Assembly: GCF_006345805.1 (NCBI RefSeq)
Contig: NC_043000.1
Span: forward strand, 9,672,001-9,736,000
Source of the DNA: Octopus sinensis
Lineage: Eukaryota
DNA: 64,000 nt
Reading direction: 5' to 3'
Below the pieces are notes generated by a model. That model saw only the letters and a program-made list of their open reading frames with translations. It ran no database searches and was not told the DNA's origin. A program made the translations under genes and the position numbers. This document shows positions 54,868 to 64,000 of this stretch, piece after piece (positions within the stretch are counted from its first letter, which is position 1; each line of letters begins with the position of its first letter).

Positions 54868-55242
54868 TCTCTCTATATATAAACGGCAGTTTGTCTGTGT
54901 GTGTTTCTGTGTGTCTGTTTGCTTGTACCCTCACCCTGACCACGGCTTTCAACCGATTCTGATGAAACTTGACACACACATAGCCCAATGTCATAATTCA
55001 AAACTAACGCAGCGAAAATTTTGAAAAGTTCCCCCAGTTCTGAAAAAGATCGATAAATTCGACACGGGGTCGAGAATCAGAAACACAAACCACAGACTGT
55101 CTGGGGGGACGCAACTCGACCTTTTTAACTCTCAAAAAATAAATTTACCATAATTTTTTTTCCATTTTTTGGCTATAACTCTCTAAAAATGCTTTATAGT
55201 TATTTCCCTTACAAACCCGAGCAACGCCGGGCGATATGCTAG
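54868..55242 (+). mobile_element. Non-autonomous Helitron (Lep1-like architecture)
   Basis: Inserted between A and T. It starts TC(TCTCTATATATAAA), has an internal CTGT/GT-rich tract, a subterminal hairpin CCCG-AGCAACGC-CGGG, and ends CTAG. Confidence 0.8.
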
Positions 55243-55796
55243 TCCACTATATAATACATGAAGTTGTTTATATTAAAAAATTCTAGGGGAATAATGCTTT
55301 GCATTTTTGATACTAGATCATTAAGTTGGTAAAATGCGTAGTCGCTTCAATCTTATATTACTGGTACTTCTTTTATCAAGTCTAGCGGTATGAACGATCC
55401 TGTCAACCTCAGTGAGATATAAACACGCAACGTAATGCGACGTAAGTAAGTGTTGCAAGACATTTAGTTGAGCCTTCAGTGGCTTTATTTTTCCTGTGGT
55501 GGGATTCACACTTCAGAATAAGTATGATTAACTCGTATACACTGTATGATTAACACATACACACACACACAACGCATAAATAACAAACCCAAGTAACAGG
55601 TGTATAACGGTAGCATATATCTCAGCAGATGAATAAATAAACAAGGATAACTCAGAAGAATTTATTTGCAAACAAATAAACTTTTTTTTTAGAAAAATCA
55701 GAACACTTCTATGTGGGCTCTATTTTTTGCACACAACACATCTAGACAATGTAATAAATTCTGGAAGTTGTAAAGATAATTTATGAACGAACGCCC

Positions 55797-55847
55797 AATA
55801 TAATATAATATAATATAATATAATATAATATAATATAATATAATATA

Positions 55848-55917
<70 letters not shown>

Positions 55918-55929
55918 CACATATATATA
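55797..55929. repeat. (TATAA)n pentamer plus (AT)n
   Basis: Direct tandem repeats. Confidence 0.95.
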
Positions 55930-56105
55930 GTGAGAATTTACAAAAGAACAAAAGACGAAGACGGGTGTGTAAACAACAAACAGATGTATTAGTTTAACGC
56001 TCGGGAAGTGAGAAATTCTTTTACGTTTCGAACCTACGCTCTCTCGAAAGAAAGGAACACAGAAATAAACAGGGAGAGAAAATAAAAAAGGTTTAGTGGC
56101 TAGCG
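55930..56105 (-). mobile_element. Third copy of the (AT)n-docked hammerhead-like element
   Basis: Homologous to 29404-29575; retains GAGC-GTAG-GTTC-GAA-ACGT-A-AAAG, with a mutated core. Confidence 0.75.
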
Positions 56106-57336
56106 ATGTATGTATGTATGTATGGTATGTATGTATGTATGTATGTATGTATGTATGTATGTATGTATGTATGTATGTATGTAGGTATACTGATAAGAAA
56201 ACACTCTGCAGCAGTAACAAATGAATACCCTGAAAATTATTTGCTTTTTGTTATATTATTCATTTTATCAGTTTGGCATTCTCCATTGACGAGGGGAAAG
56301 ATCCCGAATAATGGAATGCATAACCAACTTACTCAGTTGCCTCTCTTTATTCCTATCATCAATACCATTAAGAAAGTTTGCAAGTGTGTTACATCATCAC
56401 AGCTGCTGTCCTCCCTTACAGTCTAACTATGCGAAAAAGTAATAAATTGAAGAAGCCAACAAAGGAAGGAATGTATTTCAATAAGACACATATTTTGTTG
56501 TACAGAGACCGAAATACTGTCAGTGATATAAATGAAGTTATGTATAACTATTATTAACAGGAAGGTAGCTTAGTTAAATCTGATATCTTAGACACTAAAA
56601 TATTTCTTCTTCCGTCAAGCATCTGTTTGTTGAGAAACATAGCTGTGCTTCACTTTGTTTTATCTGTTTTTCAAGAAGTAACACTGACATTTAGCACATT
56701 AAGTAGAATATTCGAGTGGGATCTAAAAGGGTCTCGGTTCAAATTTCAATCCTTCCCACGCAGTATAGTATATTTGGTGAATAAATCATTGAAGCAGGCA
56801 TCTATTTTGTTTTGGTTTTCATATCCTGGTGGTTAGCCAAATTTAGACTGCCCAAAAAAAGATATTTACTCCCTTGCACCAGTTCTGTCTCGCGTTGTGG
56901 TGGTGTTAATTCATTACAAGTCTTGACTATTTTATTGTACAGCCGGTTTATTTTATTGTACAATGGAATTATTCGTGGCACCTTCACAACAATAGAATTT
57001 CGATTTCGGTACAAAGTTACCTATTATTCTTATATATGCTTCAGTCATTGGAATGGGGCCACGCTGGGGCACCACTCTGCAAAGCTTAATGGAACTTTAT
57101 TAAAGTCTGGTGCATATTATATTCACGGTTGAAACATTCCTATCACAACCTGGGACCTTGAAGACTGCTTAAATGCTATAAAGTATACTAGTCCCTTAAT
57201 ATTTCATCTATTCAATAGGACAATCAATACTTCATTTCATTTTACTATATATACTATATATTCTATATCCTACATTAATATAATAAGAATATAAATAAAA
57301 CACAAAAAACAGTGTTGGAATTCCTTTGAATGATAT

Positions 57337-57378
<42 letters not shown>

Positions 57379-57382
<4 letters not shown>

Positions 57383-57555
57383 AATACTAAGCAATAAGGG
57401 TTCAGCAACGAATTGCCTTACCACATACCGAATTTAGAAATAGCAGTCAAAGGGTTATAGCTATTTCTTCTAGCTATAACCCTTTGACTGCTATTTCTAA
57501 ATTCGGTATGTGGTAAGGCAATTCGTTGCTGAACCCTTATTGCTTAGTATTACTT
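57379..57555. repeat. Perfect 85-bp inverted repeat with 7-nt loop, abutting (AT)n
   Basis: 57379-57463 is the exact reverse complement of 57471-57555; loop TTTCTTC. Confidence 0.97.
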
Positions 57556-57736
57556 AAATTTTCCTCAAATGAGGCTTTTACATGCCGAAGACTACTTGGT
57601 GTAATTGATAATTATTCCAAATTAATTAATTTCACCCTTCATTATTACGGATAACCATATATATATATATATATATATATGTATATTTATATGTAGACAA
57701 GGCCGCGTAAACAGCAGCATCTAGAAATTTTAAAAA

Positions 57737-58115
57737 GAGTGGCTGTGTGGTAAGTAGCTTGCTAACCAACCACATGGTTCCGGGTTCAGTCCCACTGCGT
57801 GGCATCTTGGGCAAGTGTCTTCTGCTATAGCCCCGGGCCGACCAATGCCTTGTGAGTGGATTTGGTAGACGGAAACTGAAAGAAGCCTGTCGTATATATG
57901 TATGTGTGTGTTTGTGTGTCTGTGTTTGTCCCCCTACCATTGCTTGACAACCGATGCTGGTGTGTTTACGTCCCCGTCACTTAGCGGTTCGGCAAAAGAG
58001 ACCGATAGAATAAGTACTGGGCTTGCAAAGAATAAGCCCCGGGTCGATTTGCTCGACTAAAGGCGGTGCTCCAGCATGGCCGCAGTCAAATGACTGAAAC
58101 AAGTAAAAGTGTAAA
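57737..58115 (+). mobile_element. Family B SINE
   Basis: Near-consensus copy with a short internal AT/GT tract. Confidence 0.93.
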
Positions 58116-58172
58116 AGAGAGTAACAGAGAGTTAGAGCTTCGAACGATGCGTATGTATTTGTATAGGATAGT

Positions 58173-58407
58173 TATTTCTTTACTGCCCCCAAGGGGCTAA
58201 ACATAGAGGGAACAAGCAAGGACAGAAAAAGGTATTAAGTCATTTACATCGACCCCAGTGCGTAACTGGTACTTTATTTATCGACCCCGAAAGGAGGAAA
58301 GGCAAAGTCGACCTCGGCGGAATTTGAACTCAGAACGTAATGGCAGACGAAATACCACTAAGCATTTCGCCCGGCGCGCTAACGTTTCTGCCAGCTCGCC
58401 GCCATCT
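58173..58407 (-). mobile_element. Family A SINE monomer
   Basis: Near-consensus copy; TGTATA(G/T)GATA near-TSD. Confidence 0.92.
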
Positions 58408-58847
58408 TGTATATGATATATGCATGATGAGTACGTACATAGGTATATAGTTATCTAATAAGTATATAGTCATCCATAAGTCAAAATAAACAGACACTCG
58501 TATATTTCTCATCAGATTGTGTATATCAATATATATTCTACACTGTATTATAACCACATTTAAGTCGATTATACCAATGTTTCGCACACGAGTTAGAGCA
58601 ATACTCAATCGCGGCGCTCATCAGAAAGCTAGTATGAAAATTATGGTGACGGCTCTCTGCTACTGGAAGTCAAGAAATGATACATGCATTTTGTTGGCGT
58701 TGTGATAAACCAGGACTAAAAATTCAACGGGCGATTTTTCAGGCGAGAATTAATTCACCGGATATGACATTTTATGAAGATAAACAGCTCTTCGGTTAGA
58801 ATTTTTTGTATCAGTATATTCTCTCAGCTGATTGGTTGTTCTCTGTG

Positions 58848-58851
<4 letters not shown>

Positions 58852-58907
<56 letters not shown>

Positions 58908-59232
58908 CGTCTTGCCAAGAATTAACATTTTTTTTGCGTTACTGAAGAAATGAAAGGAATAAAATATATTATCTTTATATATACATACATATATACATAC
59001 ATACATCCACACACACACATACATGCATACATACATACATGCATACATACATACATACATACATACATACATACATACATACATACATACATGCATACAT
59101 ACATACATACATACACACACACACATACATACATACATACATACATACATACATACATGCATACATACATATATATATACATACATACATAAATACATAC
59201 AATATACACACACATACACACACTCACACATA
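58852..59232. repeat. (AG)n and (ATAC)n microsatellites
   Basis: Direct tandem repeats. Confidence 0.95.
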
Positions 59233-60702
59233 TATACATGTATGCGCGTATGTTATTATTCAGTTTAATCTTTATAGATTTTTTGCCAATGGAGAAACAG
59301 CTAGTTTCTGACCTAGATCCAAGGCTCTTTCAATGGAATTTCAACAACACCAACATGGTATTTGTGCATATTTATGTGCATATGTGCAAGTATTTGGAGT
59401 TTCTGCATATGGAGATCTATATGTTTTGTTTTATGTAAGTATACTCATACATATAGCTGCATGTCTAGACATGTGCATATGTATTTATATGCCAAGTTTT
59501 GCATATGCATGTATGTATGACTACATGTATGTTTTCAGTGAATATCATAATTATGCAACCCAGCAAGCAAGAATAATATTAAATAATAGAAACAAATAGA
59601 CAATGTACTGAATACCCTGTAGTATTTAGTTCTTTGCTCTAATACTGAAATCAAAATGGCAGACGAGATTCACGTTACATTTCAACGTTGTAATGTCGTC
59701 AGTAATAATTTATGAACAGTGATCGATAATTTAATCCTCTCTTCAAACCTCTGAGCTCGTACCAATATGTTCAATCCATTATTTTATTTAGCAATGAGCA
59801 ACAGTGGACTAGAACTTGTCAAGCAAACAATAATTTCTTATCCTTTCTGATATCATTTCATGAAGTTCAGTCCGTCTGCAAAATTCATTCCTATTACGCC
59901 TCTTTTCAATATTATTTGTTTTATATCCTTGTATGTTGGATATATAATTTACGATGCAGGCGCGAAGAAAGTATATACACGACGCACTATTATTATCAAT
60001 ATTATTATTACACGAGACCCAACGCTCTATCAAAGGCTCATAGTGAACTGCTACCAGCACAATGATTCTTTATTTGGCACTTCGTCCATAACACAGAGGG
60101 GACAGCACAAGGACAGACAGAACATCACAAGGACAGACAGAACATCACAGTGGGGACAAAAACATAAAGCGAATGAAAATGCGAGATGTATTAAAAATAA
60201 TAAAAATAAATGATGAAATGGCTGCATTGAGCCCTACCCTCAAGCAGTACCATTTAACTGTTAAATCATACAATCTTAAAAGTTTTTCTTTTTCTCTTTT
60301 TTTTCTCCTTTAGCATCATTTTTTTAAAGTCTATACTTTATAAAAAATTTTTACTTACTTTTTTTAACAGTTCACCAAGGGCTGTACTTCACGACTGATA
60401 GTAATTCGTCAAGTTCTATCTCAACACCCAAAGGGTTTATATTACTTCCAAACAGCTCCTTTAGTTTCCCATATCTTTCTCTGTCAATTATTATTCTTTT
60501 AATGTGTTCCGAATATTTCTCTGCTGTAATTTTCTTTTCAATTACTGTACTTTTGGCGTATGTGCCCATATGCCACTTGTTCTTCCTCCGTTTTACATCC
60601 GTTTGTTTCAGCGACGGACATGGACTGTCCGGGCGAGTCAATCTTCTTTGTTCCTCTGTTGTTGCACCAAAAAAACAAAAATATCTTCAAAGTCTATGTC
60701 TT

Positions 60703-60935
60703 CTACTGTTAAGTTACGGGAACGTAAACACGCCAACAGAAAGGAACACATACATACATACATACATACATACATACATACATACATACATACATACATA
60801 CATACATACACATACGCATACGCCTACCAAATCCACTCACAATGCGTTGGATGGCCCGAGGCTATAACAGAAAACACTTTACCTAAAGGTGTCACGCAGT
60901 AGGACTGAACCCGGAATCCATGTGGTTGGGAAGCA
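60703..60935 (-). mobile_element. Diverged partial family B SINE
   Basis: CCTACCAAATCCACTCAC...GGACTGAACCCGGAATCCATGTGGTTGG similarity. Confidence 0.8.
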
Positions 60936-61166
60936 AGGGATAAGGCGGGCTAGTTTCTAACCTGTTTTTGGTTTTCCTCAGCGACCGAGTACCACGTTCA
61001 ACTACCCACAAAGACTCTATTTAATATTTAATACTCACTATTACATATAGCTTAAGTAAATCGGTTAGACTTATTTTCATATAACAAATATTTGGCAGCT
61101 AATTCGATTTATAGAATATTGCTACGTTAACATTTGTCAGATTAAATGCTATTCTTTACTCTAGAG

Positions 61167-64000
61167 CAGGGGTCTCCAAAGTTTTCCAGCGGAGGGCCAC
61201 ATTGCTGAATTTTTAAAGCTACGGGGGCCAAGGTTCTAAATTATTTATTTTACCAAAATAATATAAATAAATAGTGAATTAATAATTAAAAAAGGTTATT
61301 TATTCAGTACATAATCACAATGTATATAATATCAGTAACAATTAACATGTTTTTTTTAACTTTGATCAATAGGGGAAACATGAAATTGTTTCATTTCTGA
61401 CAAAATTTTGTCCAACTGAGGTTCAAAATGAGTGGTTCCAATAACAAGCAATGCATTTAAATGTTCATCAGACAATTGTGATCTGTAGCAGGATTTTGTG
61501 TATTTCATCTTTGAAAAAGTCTTCTCACACAAATATGTGGTGCCAAAAACTGAAATGAATTCACAGGCAAACCTCCTTAAATGAAGAAATTGGTCGGATG
61601 GAAGGCATTTGTAGAATTCAATCAAATTTCCCTCTTTATATTTGTCCTTCAGGATGTCATTGGATTGCAAATCAATAACTTCCATTTGTAACTCAGAAGG
61701 TAAGTCTCCAATAACAGAGTTAAATGGATTTTCAAAAATTCTTAGTTTTGAAGAACATGCATCAAGATCAGAAAAACGTTCTTCAAACTGTTGTTTCAAA
61801 GCTAAAATGACATCTTGAGCAAACAAGTTTGGAAATGGAGTGGCAGCTTCCTGTCTATATTTGTCACATCGTGAAAAATGAGTAAAGCAGCTTCTTGTTA
61901 ACTGACTTTCAAATAGTATTAATTTCTTACGAAAAGCTTTCACCTTTGAGTACAAATCACAGATGAGTGAAGTTTCACCTTGTATCCGTAGGTTGAAATC
62001 ATTGAGATGCATAGTTAAATCGGCTGAAAATGCTAATTTCCAGAGCCATTCACTGTCTTTGAGCAACACCTGTGAATGGTTTTTCTCATTTAAAAATATT
62101 TCAATTTCAGTTCGAAGCTCAAAAAATCTAGCCAGAATTTTTCCATAGCTAAGCCATCTTACTGAAGTATAGTAAGGTAGGTCTGGAAACTCAGCATTCA
62201 TTTCCTCCAAGAAATCACGAAATTGGCGATGTTTGAGTCCATGAGATCTTATGTAGTTAACAGTGGAAATCACAGGATCTAATACAGATGATAAATCAAG
62301 ATGCTTTCCACACAGTGCTTGCTGATGAAGAATACAATGCAATATCAAAGGTTTCAATCCACCGGAATTCTCAATTACTTTGTTAATTTGCCCAACTAAG
62401 CCCTTTTTGGTTCCACACATATTTCTGCCACCATCTGTTGTTATGCATTTTAGTTTTTTCCATTCCAAATTATACTCAGCCACTGACTTTTCCACTTCTC
62501 TAAAAATATCTATGCCTGTTGTTGTTCCATGCATGCTGTGCACAGATACAAGTTCCTCAGTAATCTCAAAATTGGCATTTATTCCTCTGATGAACAATAA
62601 CAATTGGGATGTGTCTGATACATCAATTGACTCATCAAGTGCAACAGAAAAGCATACAAACTTGCTGGCTTTGTCTTTTAGCTGTGATTTAATATTTCTT
62701 TCAATATGTTCAACCCTACGAGCAACAGTGTTCGCAGAAAGACTAATTGCGGAAAATAAATCTACGTTTTCTGGACACATTTCCTTAGCTACCTCATTCA
62801 AGCACTTTTTAATAAGTTCACCATCTGTAAATGGCTTACCTTTCTTCGCCAAAAGGTTAGCAACATGGAAGCTTGCTCTTGTTGCTCTCTCTTTTTCTAC
62901 AGCCTTCTTCTTGAAAACAAACTGTATTGATGATAAATTCTTCTTTAATTTGTCAAATTTCTCTTTACGTAGCTGTCCAATGAATTGGTAGTACTGTGAT
63001 GAATGCTTTTTTTCATAATGTCTCCGAATGTTGTACTCTTTAAGTACTGCAATTGTGTCGGTGCATATAACGCATAGTGCCTTGTTGTTTGACTCTATGA
63101 CAAAATAGTCTATGTTCCATTGTTCCTTAAAAACTCTACACTCAGAGTCGATTTTTCGTTTTCTTCCTTGAGCTAACATTTTTACCATGGGTCGACAGAT
63201 TTTGCTCGACGATATATGTAAAAGGACGAAACAAGTAAAAACAATATTCACAGGTCACTCGATACGTGCATTCACTTCGGCAGCGACGACGACAAATGAC
63301 TCACACTTGTGCACAACGAAAACGCCAAGTCTGTGCTGACTGACGGAATGCGCATCGAACTTTACTCCACGCTGATTGGCGACTGCACCAGGATTAGAAA
63401 CCACCACACAACGTCAGGCTCAACCCTCTCTATTCATCGCTCGTGAGATGTAGGTAACATCGATAAATCGATATTTGTCTTCTTTTATTATACTAGGCAC
63501 GGGACTTTTATTAACGTCATACTTGTCGTATCTGCTCTCTCGACAGTTGACGGAATAGGTTGACTTTTCTGCGACATCAATAAAGCTAGAAATTGAATCT
63601 CTGCTTCATTGTAAGCAGCACCATCCATCTCACTGACAATCGCCTATTATCTAAGATGAATGATAGGTAGCTCCATAGCGAAGTTAATTCATTTTATGGT
63701 GGTTCTGATGGGTCAGTTAAAACGGGGGGAGTGGAAAAGAACCTATATTTACACTAAAGTTTAGTGTATAAATTTTTAATTCGCCGGCGCAATTTAAAGA
63801 CATTAATTGATGGCAAATCAATTAGCGTCGTCTTGCGTCTATTTGCTGTACTATATTTGTCAAACGTATTAAAAGGGGTGTAAAGTATATTTGTTATTGT
63901 ATGATTTCGGCAAGGCTTGCTTTTCGACATTTGTTTTATAATTTTGGAGGACAGCTCGGCGGGCCGGATTAAAAACCTTGGCGGGCCGAATCCGGCCCGC
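61167..64000 (-). mobile_element. Apparently full-length hAT DNA transposon, Buster/Charlie group (SPIN/OposCharlie1-like); right end just outside the window
   Basis: Left TIR CAGGGGTCTCCAAAG at 61167 is preceded by the 8-bp CTCTAGAG (Buster-type nnnTAnnn target). The transposase ORF is intact. GGGCCG-rich subterminal repeats lie at 63959-64000. Confidence 0.93.
61356..63188 (-). CDS. hAT transposase, 610 aa from ATG 63188 (GTF2IRD2/EPM2AIP1/SPIN-like)
   Basis: Uninterrupted ORF with RKRKIDSECRVFKEQW, BED-like CVIC...RHYEKKH, catalytic ALDES, TTDGG and CEKTFS, HCILH (CxxH), VRWLS, and the C-terminal hAT dimerization motif YRSQLSDEHLNALL. The track's TTG start at 63251 is probably not the real start. 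Confidence 0.95.
   Translation of the reverse strand: MVKMLAQGRKRKIDSECRVFKEQWNIDYFVIESNNKALCVICTDTIAVLKEYNIRRHYEKKHSSQYYQFIGQLRKEKFDKLKKNLSSIQFVFKKKAVEKERATRASFHVANLLAKKGKPFTDGELIKKCLNEVAKEMCPENVDLFSAISLSANTVARRVEHIERNIKSQLKDKASKFVCFSVALDESIDVSDTSQLLLFIRGINANFEITEELVSVHSMHGTTTGIDIFREVEKSVAEYNLEWKKLKCITTDGGRNMCGTKKGLVGQINKVIENSGGLKPLILHCILHQQALCGKHLDLSSVLDPVISTVNYIRSHGLKHRQFRDFLEEMNAEFPDLPYYTSVRWLSYGKILARFFELRTEIEIFLNEKNHSQVLLKDSEWLWKLAFSADLTMHLNDFNLRIQGETSLICDLYSKVKAFRKKLILFESQLTRSCFTHFSRCDKYRQEAATPFPNLFAQDVILALKQQFEERFSDLDACSSKLRIFENPFNSVIGDLPSELQMEVIDLQSNDILKDKYKEGNLIEFYKCLPSDQFLHLRRFACEFISVFGTTYLCEKTFSKMKYTKSCYRSQLSDEHLNALLVIGTTHFEPQLDKILSEMKQFHVSPIDQS

Noticed and set aside
62380-62991. 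203-aa plus-strand ORF (also 61963-62148)
   Set aside because: Antisense shadow of the hAT transposase.

Overview
AT-rich animal genomic DNA that is almost entirely repeats. The SINE families and (AT)n/(ATAC)n/(ATCT)n arrays look like an Octopus-type cephalopod (inference). The only clear host gene is a spliced universal stress protein (USP-A-like) on the + strand. I reconstructed three of its exons (4588-4656, 5907-5992, 8970-9248) with compatible splice phases and an intact G-2X-G-9X-GS ATP-binding motif; the first coding exon is not identifiable in the window. The right end holds an apparently intact Buster/Charlie-group hAT transposon (SPIN/OposCharlie-like). It has a 610-aa ORF and a left TIR with a CTCTAGAG target site, and its right TIR should fall just past the window. 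The rest is about 20 tRNA-derived SINEs (many with target-site duplications), Tc1/mariner and pogo-like MITEs, a non-autonomous Helitron, short Gypsy-type LTRs, and decayed R4/Dong, RTE, CR1 and Penelope (GIY-YIG) fragments. The most interesting unexplained structure has two linked parts. Short elements docked on (AT)n arrays carry minimal hammerhead-ribozyme folds, with a canonical core at 45091-45123 (-) and variants elsewhere. There are also seven 175-400 bp fold-back palindromes, some containing hammerhead-like motifs. Both are most simply read as Penelope-derived, microsatellite-targeted mini-elements. Most ORFs in the supplied track are microsatellite artefacts.
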